Positions 8,917-16,870 of a DNA stretch of 64,000 nt are shown piece after piece. Where the stretch lies: contig JAURHM010000003.1 in assembly GCA_030833315.1 (NCBI GenBank), positions 38,081 to 102,080 on the forward strand, in the 5' to 3' direction. The first letter of the stretch is position 1, and the number at the start of each line of letters is the position of its first letter. Under the pieces are notes generated by a model, which ran no database searches, was not told the origin of the DNA, and saw only the letters and a program-made list of their open reading frames with translations. Both the position numbers and the translations under genes were made by a program. This DNA is from Burkholderiales bacterium. Its GTDB lineage: Bacteria; Pseudomonadota; Gammaproteobacteria; Burkholderiales; SG8-41.

Positions 8917-9837
8917 CTAAGCGCGCATACGCGTATCCCGCTTCGATTGCCCCCACCGTTTTTTCAGCATTGCCAGAAACTCCTGCGTCGCCGGCGAAAG
9001 CGTCACGCCGCGGCGCCGGGTCACCGCCACCGTACGCGTCAGCCGCGGCTCCACCAGCGGCCGGCTGACCAGCTGCGGATTACGCCGGCCCGAAAATGCC
9101 AATGCCGGCACAGCAATCACGCCGATGCCGGCTTCGACCATGCCAAGTCCGGTCCAGAAAGAATGCTGCACCTCATAGGTCCAGCGCTGCTGCGGCAGGT
9201 TGCCGGGCAGACCGAAGTCGAGCAACGCGCGGTTGCCGCTCATGCGGCCGACAGTGATCACGCGATGCTGTTCCAGATCCGACCATTTCACCGTTTTCTT
9301 TTTCGCCAGCGGGTGTTCGCGGTGGCAGGCCAGCACGAAGGGATCCTCAAACAGCGCTTCGACCTCCAGTTCCGGTGCGTCAACGCCGGACAGCGTCAAC
9401 CCGAACTCGGCTTCGCCGCCGAGTACGGCCTGCAGCACTTCGTTGGCATGCACATCGAGGATGCGGATGCGGTTGTCTGGATGTTTCTCGCTGTAATCAC
9501 GGATCACCGGTGGCAGCATGTGCATCGCCGCCGTCGGCACGCAGGCCACCGTCACCTGACCCGCGCCGCGTTTGGCCATGTCGCGCAGCCCGGCCAGCGA
9601 ATTTTCCAGTTCCTCAATCAGCCGCCGCGCCTGCGGCAGGAAGTCACGGCCGACCGCGGTCAGACGCACCTTGCGCGTCGTGCGGTCGAGCAGGCGCACG
9701 CCGAGTTCTTCTTCCAGCCGGCTGATGCGCCGCGACAGCGCCGACTGCGACAGATGCAGCGCTGTCGCGGCCTGGTGGAAGCTGCCGAGTTCCGCAATGC
9801 GGGCAAACGCCTGCAGACCGTGGGTATCAATATTCAT
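8917..9837 (-). CDS. LysR family transcriptional regulator
   Basis: N-terminal wHTH LQAFARIAELGSFHQAATALHLSQSALSRRISRLEEELGVRLLDRTTRKVRLTAVG, about 300 aa, divergent from the TcuA-like operon. Confidence 0.92.
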   Translation of the reverse strand: MNIDTHGLQAFARIAELGSFHQAATALHLSQSALSRRISRLEEELGVRLLDRTTRKVRLTAVGRDFLPQARRLIEELENSLAGLRDMAKRGAGQVTVACVPTAAMHMLPPVIRDYSEKHPDNRIRILDVHANEVLQAVLGGEAEFGLTLSGVDAPELEVEALFEDPFVLACHREHPLAKKKTVKWSDLEQHRVITVGRMSGNRALLDFGLPGNLPQQRWTYEVQHSFWTGLGMVEAGIGVIAVPALAFSGRRNPQLVSRPLVEPRLTRTVAVTRRRGVTLSPATQEFLAMLKKRWGQSKRDTRMRA

Positions 9838-9846
9838 GAGAGGTAA

Positions 9847-9860
9847 TCACCGGCTGGTGA
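9847..9860. promoter_or_regulatory. Perfect inverted repeat TCACCGGCTGGTGA in the divergent LysR / TcuA-like intergenic region (candidate operator)
   Basis: TCACC-GGCT-GGTGA dyad 10 nt upstream of the LysR start codon. A second dyad, ATTG-TTG-CAAT, lies at 9889-9899. Confidence 0.25.
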
Positions 9861-9976
9861 CCTTTTGATTAATGTAAAAACGCGAACAATTGTTGCAATA
9901 ATCTCATTTTACTCAAGAGTGTGAGGGAAGGATAATTGCGCACCGTTCCAAACCTGCACACTGAAAGGCCTCAACA

Positions 9977-11461
9977 ATGTCCGAATATGATGTGATCGTT
10001 GTCGGAAAAGGCAACGCCGCCATGTGCGCCGCCCTGTCGGCCCATGACCAGGGCGCCAAAGTCGCCATCCTCGAAGCCGCGTCTGAAGACGAAGGTGGCG
10101 GCAACAGCCGTTTCGCTGGCGGCGTGATGCGTTTCGCCTACGAAACCGTCGAAGACCTGCTGAAAATCACGGACATCACCGAACAGGAAATCGCCGAGAC
10201 CGATTTCGGCACCAACACCCGCGAGGAATTCCTCGACAAGATCCACCAGCTCACCGCCTACCGTACCGATCCCGACCTGTCGGAGTATCTGGTCAACGAG
10301 AGCCTGCCGACGATGATCTGGTTGCGCGAAAAGGGCGTGAAGTTCGTGCCGAACTGGGGTCGCCAGTCGGCAGTAGTCGACGGCAAGCGCAAGTTCTTCG
10401 GCAACATGCCGATCGAAGCTCACGGCGGCGGCGCAGGCCTGGTGGAATATCTGAACAAAGCCGTCAAAAAAGCCGGCATCCCCGTGCATTTCGAAACCCG
10501 CGCGATCAAGCTGCTGTATGACGGCGCCACGGTCAGCGGTGTGCAGGTGCGACAGAAGGGTAAGTCCTTCGAAATGAAAGCCAAGGCGGTGGTGCTGGCC
10601 TGCGGCGGCTTCGAAGCCAACCCCGAAATGCGCGCGCGTTACCTCGGGCCGGGCTGGGAACTGGCGAAGGTTCGCGGCACGCGCTTCAACGTCGGTGACG
10701 GCCTGAAAATGGCGCTGGACATCGGCGCCGCGCCTTACGGTAACTGGTCGGGCTGCCATGCCACCGGCTGGGACCGTTACGCACCGGAGTTCGGCGACGT
10801 CAGCGTCGGCGACCAGTTCCAGAAACACAGCTACATTTTCGGCCTGCTGATCAATGCCGAAGGTAAACGTTTCGTCGATGAAGGTTATGACTTCCACTCC
10901 TTCACCTACGCCAAGTACGGCGGCGAAGTGCTGAAACAGCCGGGCCAGTTCGCGTGGCAGGTGTTCGACTCCAAGGTCACCAAGCTTCTGCGTTCGGAAT
11001 ACCGCATCAAATACATGACCAAGGTCAGCGCCAACACGCTGGAAGAACTCGCGACCAAGCTGGAAGGCGTCAATCCTGAACAATTCCTCAAGACGGTGAA
11101 CGAGTACAACGCCGCGGTGCAAAAGGATGTGCCGTTCAACCACGTAATCAAGGACGGCAAGGGAACGGTCGGCATCGAGCCGCCGAAATCGAACTGGGCA
11201 CAGGCGCTCGACGCCCCGCCCTACGACGCCTACGCCACCACCTGCGGCATTACCTTTACCTTCGGTGGTCTGCGTGTCGACAAGGAATCGGGCCAGGTGG
11301 TGGATTCGAACCAGCTGCCGATCCCCGGCCTGTATTGCGCCGGTGAAATGGTCGGCGGCCTGTTCTACTTCAACTACCCGAGCGGCACCGGTCTGGTGTC
11401 AGGCGCCGTGTTCGGCAAACTCGCGGGCACTTCTGCGGGCAAAGCCGCCAAACAGGGATAA
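9977..11461 (+). CDS. FAD-dependent dehydrogenase, TcuA (tricarballylate dehydrogenase)-like
   Basis: MSEYDVIVVGKGNAAMCAALSAHDQGAKVAILEAASEDEGGGNSRFAGGVMRF closely mirrors the TcuA/fumarate-reductase-flavoprotein N-terminus. C-terminal GLYCAGEMVGG motif. Confidence 0.8.
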   Translation: MSEYDVIVVGKGNAAMCAALSAHDQGAKVAILEAASEDEGGGNSRFAGGVMRFAYETVEDLLKITDITEQEIAETDFGTNTREEFLDKIHQLTAYRTDPDLSEYLVNESLPTMIWLREKGVKFVPNWGRQSAVVDGKRKFFGNMPIEAHGGGAGLVEYLNKAVKKAGIPVHFETRAIKLLYDGATVSGVQVRQKGKSFEMKAKAVVLACGGFEANPEMRARYLGPGWELAKVRGTRFNVGDGLKMALDIGAAPYGNWSGCHATGWDRYAPEFGDVSVGDQFQKHSYIFGLLINAEGKRFVDEGYDFHSFTYAKYGGEVLKQPGQFAWQVFDSKVTKLLRSEYRIKYMTKVSANTLEELATKLEGVNPEQFLKTVNEYNAAVQKDVPFNHVIKDGKGTVGIEPPKSNWAQALDAPPYDAYATTCGITFTFGGLRVDKESGQVVDSNQLPIPGLYCAGEMVGGLFYFNYPSGTGLVSGAVFGKLAGTSAGKAAKQG

Positions 11462-11472
11462 GGAACCACGCC

Positions 11473-12885
11473 ATGTCTTCGAACAAAGCACCACTGCTTG
11501 CCGATGCCACGCGTGATCTCGCCCGCTTCGGTGCGGCGCTGCATTACGAGGACATTCCCGCCGAGGCCGTTGCGCGCATCAAGCTCTCGCTGCTCGACAG
11601 CCTCGGTTGCTGCCTGTTCGGTGCAACGCTGCCGTGGACCCGGAAAGTTGCAGAACTTGCCGATGCTGAAAACGCCAAACCGGTCGCCACGCTGATCGGC
11701 CTCGGCCGCAAAACCTCGCCGGCGCTTGCCGCACTGGTCAACGGCACCTCGGGCCACGCTTTCGAGCTCGACGACATTCACAAGGAATCCATCGTCCATG
11801 CCGGTTCGATCGCCACACCGGTCGCGCTGAATCTGGCTGAGGCCAAAGGGTGCAAAGTCTCTGGCCGCGATCTTCTGACGGCGATGGTCGCCGGTTATGA
11901 AATCGGCCACCGCGTCGGCAATGCGGCAACGATGAGCCTGTTTTTCCGCGGTTTTCATCCGCAGGGCACTTCGGGCAGCTTCGTCGCTGCAGCAACCGCG
12001 GCGCACATGCTGAATCTCAATGCCACGCAATTCCAGCACGCGCTGGGCATGGCGGGTTCGCAGGCCGGCGGCCTGATGGCGGCGCAGGAAGGCGCAATGG
12101 TCAAACGCCTCCACAGCGGTCGCGCCGCGCAGAGCGGCATCTATGCCGCACAACTGGCCTCCCGAGATTTCACCGGCATTCTCGATGCACTGGAAGCGCC
12201 GTACGGCGGCTATCTGTCGACCTACTCAGACAAGCCGAATCCATCACGTCTCACCGACGGCCTCGGAAAAACCTGGGAAACCCTCAATGTCGGCTACAAG
12301 CCGCACGCCAGCGTCACCAGCATCCACAGTGCGCTCGACGCACTGTCGGAGCTGATGAAGGAACACAGCATCAAGGCTGGCGACATCGCCGAAGTCGAAA
12401 CCGGTTTGTCGCCGATGACGCATGTGCATTGCGCCTGGGAATACAAGGCACAGGGCGTCACTGCGGCGCAGATGAATCTTTATTACGGCATGGCGGTCAT
12501 TGCGCTCGACGGCGCAGCCTTCACCGAACAGTTCCGTGAAGCGCGCCTCGCCGATCCGCAGATTCTCGATTTCATCACGCGCATCAGCGCCTATGTGGAT
12601 CCCGAAATCGAAAAAATGGGCGCCCCCTTCCGCCACGCCTCGCGCGTGAAGATCACCACCCGTGCCGGCAAGGTGCATGAGAAACTGGCTCTGCACCGCC
12701 GCGGCAGCCCGGAGAATCCGCTGGCACCGGAAGAAGTCATTCACAAATTCCGTAACGTCGTGGCACCGTGCATGAGCAAAACCGACGCCGAACGCATCAT
12801 CACCACCGTTGACCGTTGCGAGGTAATCGCCGACATCAATGAACTCGCAGCAATCGTCGGCGCGGCGGTCACGCTGCCGAAGTAA
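11473..12885 (+). CDS. MmgE/PrpD family protein (paralogue 2)
   Basis: LDSLGCCLFGA, GHAFELDD and GAMVKRLHSGRAAQSG motifs. AAGGAA Shine-Dalgarno. 11-nt gap after the TcuA-like gene. Confidence 0.88.
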   Translation: MSSNKAPLLADATRDLARFGAALHYEDIPAEAVARIKLSLLDSLGCCLFGATLPWTRKVAELADAENAKPVATLIGLGRKTSPALAALVNGTSGHAFELDDIHKESIVHAGSIATPVALNLAEAKGCKVSGRDLLTAMVAGYEIGHRVGNAATMSLFFRGFHPQGTSGSFVAAATAAHMLNLNATQFQHALGMAGSQAGGLMAAQEGAMVKRLHSGRAAQSGIYAAQLASRDFTGILDALEAPYGGYLSTYSDKPNPSRLTDGLGKTWETLNVGYKPHASVTSIHSALDALSELMKEHSIKAGDIAEVETGLSPMTHVHCAWEYKAQGVTAAQMNLYYGMAVIALDGAAFTEQFREARLADPQILDFITRISAYVDPEIEKMGAPFRHASRVKITTRAGKVHEKLALHRRGSPENPLAPEEVIHKFRNVVAPCMSKTDAERIITTVDRCEVIADINELAAIVGAAVTLPK

Positions 12886-12955
12886 GCCCCGAAAAATACA
12901 CGCAAATATTTGTTTTTATTGATTATTTCATAGACCCGCCACAGGAATCCGCCCC

Positions 12956-14353
12956 ATGACCCAGCAATCGACGCAACCCCATCCCTACACCCGAGACATC
13001 GCCACCTTCGTTTCCGGCCTGACTTACGACAAGATTCCGGAAGCAGTGCGTCATCGCAACAAGCTGCTGATGCTCGATTCGCTGGGTTGTGCGCTGTATG
13101 GTGCGGACCTCGAATGGACCCGAATCCTGCAGGACAAGCTGAGCAGCATTGACAGCACCCGCCAGTGCACGGTGTGGGGCACCAACAAGAAACTCTCCGC
13201 GCCACATGCCGCGCTGGTCAACGGCACGCAGGTGCAGGGCTTTGAGCTCGATGACGTACATCGCGCCGGCGTGCTGCATGTCGGCGCCGTGGTGCTGCCC
13301 GCGCTGATCTCGGTTACGGAACTGAAGCCCGGCATGAGCGGCAAGGAATTCCTCACCGCCTCCGTTGCCGGTTACGAAATCGGCCCCCGCGTCGGCCTGT
13401 GCATGGGCCCGGCGCATATCGCTTCGGGCTGGCACTCGGGCGCCACACTGGGCGTGTTCTCCGCCGCCGCCGGCGCTGCGCGCGGCATGAAACTCGATGT
13501 CGACAAGACCGTGCACGCGCTGGGCATTGCCGGCACCCAGGCCGCCGGCCTGATGGCAGCGCAGTTCGGCGCGATGGTCAAACGCATGCATGCCGGCCGC
13601 TCCTCACAGTCCGGCCTCTACGGCGCACTGTTTGCCGAAGGCGGCTTCACCGGCATCGTCGACGTGCTCGAAAATCCGTACGGCGGTTTCTGCACGACAA
13701 TGTCGCAGTCGACCGACAAGTTCAATCTGAAGGAACTCACCGCCGGTTTCGGTGAAGTCTGGCAGACCATGGGCATCGCGCTGAAGTTCTACGCCTGCGT
13801 CGGCAGCAACCACACCACGCTGGATGCGCTGCGCGAGATGGACGCCGAGCGCCCCTTCACCGCCAAGGACGTGAAAAAAGTCGTGGTCTACGGCTCGGAA
13901 GTCACGGTGCACCACGTCGGCTGGCCGTACAAGCCGCAGGGCCTGACCTCGGCCCAACTGAACCTGCCCTACTGCATCGGCACCTGGCTGCTGGAAAAAG
14001 ACGTGTTCGTCGACCAGTTCACCGAAGCGATGGTTGCCGATCCGGCGCGCATCGCGGAGTCGAAAAAAGTCGAAGTGCTCCACGATCCGGCGATCACCGC
14101 GCTTGGTGCAAAAATGCGGCACAAGGTCCACGTGGAACTGCACCTCAACGACGGCACCGTGATGAAGCGCACTGTCGAATCCGCACGCGGCAGCGAGTTC
14201 CGTTTTGCCAGCGATGCCGACATCATCGCGAAATTCGAAAAACTGGCGGTCAAGGCACTGCCGAAGGCAAAGGTCGAGCAGCTGCGCGATGCGGTGATGG
14301 GCATCGAGAAGCTGCCCGATGCCGGTGTGCTGTCCAAACTGATGTCGGTTTAA
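12956..14353 (+). CDS. MmgE/PrpD family protein (paralogue 3)
   Basis: LDSLGCALYGA, QGFELDD and GAMVKRMHAGRSSQSG motifs, the same subfamily as paralogues 2 and 4. Confidence 0.88.
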   Translation: MTQQSTQPHPYTRDIATFVSGLTYDKIPEAVRHRNKLLMLDSLGCALYGADLEWTRILQDKLSSIDSTRQCTVWGTNKKLSAPHAALVNGTQVQGFELDDVHRAGVLHVGAVVLPALISVTELKPGMSGKEFLTASVAGYEIGPRVGLCMGPAHIASGWHSGATLGVFSAAAGAARGMKLDVDKTVHALGIAGTQAAGLMAAQFGAMVKRMHAGRSSQSGLYGALFAEGGFTGIVDVLENPYGGFCTTMSQSTDKFNLKELTAGFGEVWQTMGIALKFYACVGSNHTTLDALREMDAERPFTAKDVKKVVVYGSEVTVHHVGWPYKPQGLTSAQLNLPYCIGTWLLEKDVFVDQFTEAMVADPARIAESKKVEVLHDPAITALGAKMRHKVHVELHLNDGTVMKRTVESARGSEFRFASDADIIAKFEKLAVKALPKAKVEQLRDAVMGIEKLPDAGVLSKLMSV

Positions 14354-14363
14354 CGTTGCAACG

Positions 14364-15722
14364 ATGAGCGCCGCCAAGACCGCAGCAAGCACGCTGGCCG
14401 AGTTCGCCAACGGACTGACCTACGAGCAGATCCCGGCGGCGGCGCGCGAGCGCGCCCGCCAGTGCATCATCGACACCACCGGCGCGGCGCTGTTCGGTTC
14501 GCGCCTGCCATGGAGCAAAATTGTCGCCGGTCATGCCCGCAATTGCGGCGGCAACGGCAGCAGCCGCGTCATCGGTACCGGCCTCAAGGTCGCGCCGCCC
14601 GCGGCGGCCCTGGCGAACGGCGTGTGTTCACACGCCTTTGAACTCGACGGTCTGCGCAAACCCAGCGCCGGCGTGCATCCCGGCGCGATCCTGCTGCCGG
14701 CGGCACTTGCCGCGGGTGAGGCGCAAGGCGCCAGCGGCGAAGAGCTGCTGACCGCCTTCATCGCCGGCGCGGAAGTGATGTTCCGCATCGGCCTCGCCGC
14801 CAAACAATCCACCGAGTCGCTGGGCTTTCATGCGCCGGGCGTCAACGGCCCCTTCGGCTCTGCCATCGTTGCCGGCAAGCTGCTCGGGCTCAATGCCGCG
14901 CAGCTGACGCAGGCGCTGGGCATTGCCGGTTCTCTGGGCGGCGGCCTGCTCGCCTTCGCCAAAGCCGGTAACGGCGCGATGGTCAAACGCCTGCATATGG
15001 GTCGCGCGGCGGAAGCCGGCGTGGTCGCCGCATTGCTGGCCCGCGACGGTTACGAAGGTCCGGACAGCGTGCTGGAAGGCCAATACGGCTATCTCGAATC
15101 CTATTGCCGCGACGGCGACGCCTCGCAATTCACCAAGGATCTCGGCACGCATTTCGACATTGTTTATGCCTGCCTGAAACGTTATGCCTGCCACATCACC
15201 GCGCACACACCGGTGCAGTCATTGCAGGAACTGCGTGCAGAACACCACTTCAACGGTGATGATGTCGCCGCACTGACCATCCATGCCCGCCACAAAGTGC
15301 TGTCGCATCACGACATCCGCGAGCCGCGCGATGTCGCCGGTGCCCAGTACAGCGTGCCCTTCTGTTCGGCGATTGCGCTGTATTACGACGTCAATGATCC
15401 GATGGCCTTTTCGGAAACCGCGCTGAACGACGCCAAGGTACGCGCACTGGCACTGAAGCTGAAAGTCGTCGAGATGGGCCACGATGAAAAAGGCGGCGCC
15501 TGGTCTTCCCGCGTTGCCGTTGGATTGAAGGACGGCCGCCGTTTCGAACGCTTTGCCGAAGAATTCAAGGGCACGCCGGCATCGCCGCTGTCGGCGGAAG
15601 AACTGCAGACCAAGTTCATGCGTATGGCCGGGGCACATGCACCCGCTGCGGCCCTGCATGAACAGCTCGCGGCGCTGGAAAGCGTCGCCGACTGCCGTAC
15701 ACTGGCCATCAACGCCATCTGA
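14364..15722 (+). CDS. MmgE/PrpD family protein (paralogue 4)
   Basis: HAFELDG and GAMVKRLHMGRAAEAG motifs. 10-nt gap after paralogue 3. Confidence 0.88.
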   Translation: MSAAKTAASTLAEFANGLTYEQIPAAARERARQCIIDTTGAALFGSRLPWSKIVAGHARNCGGNGSSRVIGTGLKVAPPAAALANGVCSHAFELDGLRKPSAGVHPGAILLPAALAAGEAQGASGEELLTAFIAGAEVMFRIGLAAKQSTESLGFHAPGVNGPFGSAIVAGKLLGLNAAQLTQALGIAGSLGGGLLAFAKAGNGAMVKRLHMGRAAEAGVVAALLARDGYEGPDSVLEGQYGYLESYCRDGDASQFTKDLGTHFDIVYACLKRYACHITAHTPVQSLQELRAEHHFNGDDVAALTIHARHKVLSHHDIREPRDVAGAQYSVPFCSAIALYYDVNDPMAFSETALNDAKVRALALKLKVVEMGHDEKGGAWSSRVAVGLKDGRRFERFAEEFKGTPASPLSAEELQTKFMRMAGAHAPAAALHEQLAALESVADCRTLAINAI

Positions 15723-15748
15723 GCGCCGTAAACACCAAGGATTTCCCC

Positions 15749-16696
15749 ATGAACAAACTGCTGATCATCGCGCTGTCTGCGCTGGCCCTGCCCGCGCTGG
15801 CCGCCTATCCCGAAAAACCGGTGCGTCTGCTGGTGCCGCTCGCGGCCGGCGGCGGCATGGACACTACGGCACGTTCAATTGCCACACCGCTGGGTGAGCG
15901 CCTCGGCCAGACCGTCGTTGTCGACAACCGTCCGGGCGGCGGCGGCAACGTCGGCGTCGACATCATCCGCGAAGCCCCGGCTGACGGTCATACGCTGTTC
16001 ATGGGCAGCGCGACCTTCATCGTGCATCCGCTGCTCTACAAGGCGCGTTATGTGCCGACACGCGACTTCAGCACCATCACCCAGGTCACCAGCCAGCCCT
16101 ATGTGCTGATCGTGCATCCCGGCGTCGCCGCAAAAACCGTCAAGGAGCTGGTGGTCTATACCAAGGCCAATCCGAATAAGATCAATTACGCCTCATCAGG
16201 TCAGGGAAGCCTGATTCATCTGACCAGCGAACTGTTCAAGGTGCGCACCGGCGCCGACATGATGCACATCCCTTACAAGGGTATGGGCGCCGCCTACACC
16301 GACATGCTGTCGGGCCGTATCCAGGCCTCCTTCCCCAGCATCATCTCGGTGCTGCCGCACCTCAAAACCGGCAAGCTGCGCGCACTGGGCGTCACCACGC
16401 TGCATCGCGCGGCAACGCTACCCGATGTGCCCAGCATGAAGGAAGCCGGCGTCGCCGATTTCGACGTGTCGCAGTGGTACGGCCTGTTCGCTCCCATCGG
16501 TACCTCGCGCAACGTGATCGACCGCGTCTACCGCGAGGTCGCGGTGATCCTCAAGTCCGCCGACCTGCAGAAACGCATGGCGGCCGACGGCTCCGACCCG
16601 GTCGGCAGCACGCCGGCCGAATTCGCCGTTCATGTCAAAGCCGAGACGGCGCGATGGTCCGAGGTCATCAAAAAGTCGAACATCAAAGCCGACTGA
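15749..16696 (+). CDS. Bug/TctC family substrate-binding protein (second copy)
   Basis: Signal peptide MNKLLIIALSALALPALA, then YPEKPVRLLVPLAAGGGMDTTARSIATPLGERLGQTVVVDNRPGGGG. AAGGA Shine-Dalgarno. Confidence 0.9.
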   Translation: MNKLLIIALSALALPALAAYPEKPVRLLVPLAAGGGMDTTARSIATPLGERLGQTVVVDNRPGGGGNVGVDIIREAPADGHTLFMGSATFIVHPLLYKARYVPTRDFSTITQVTSQPYVLIVHPGVAAKTVKELVVYTKANPNKINYASSGQGSLIHLTSELFKVRTGADMMHIPYKGMGAAYTDMLSGRIQASFPSIISVLPHLKTGKLRALGVTTLHRAATLPDVPSMKEAGVADFDVSQWYGLFAPIGTSRNVIDRVYREVAVILKSADLQKRMAADGSDPVGSTPAEFAVHVKAETARWSEVIKKSNIKAD

Positions 16697-16763
16697 ATAC
16701 TTCCTCCCTCAGCCGCGCACGCCGCCGCGGCAGCAGGTACAATCGCAGCGGTTTGCAAACGTC

Positions 16764-16796
16764 GCGCCCGCCGCGTCATCGCCGGCGGGCGCTTTT
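16764..16796 (+). terminator. Rho-independent terminator closing the TcuA-like/PrpD/Bug operon
   Basis: 10-bp GC stem GCGCCCGCCG / CGGCGGGCGC with a 9-nt loop, followed by TTTT. Confidence 0.75.
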
Positions 16797-16870
16797 GCGT
16801 TGTAAACCGGTGGTGACAAACCCGCCCCAGAGCTGGAAAATAGTTCAATTAAATCAAACGGTTAATTCTC

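Noticed and set aside
1-16800. A selenoprotein gene (in-frame TGA with SECIS hairpin) near the sel genes.
   Set aside because: No pair of same-frame ORFs separated by a single TGA with family continuity was seen. The TrxR-like protein has a normal Cys-x-x-Cys (CADC), not Cys-x-x-Sec.
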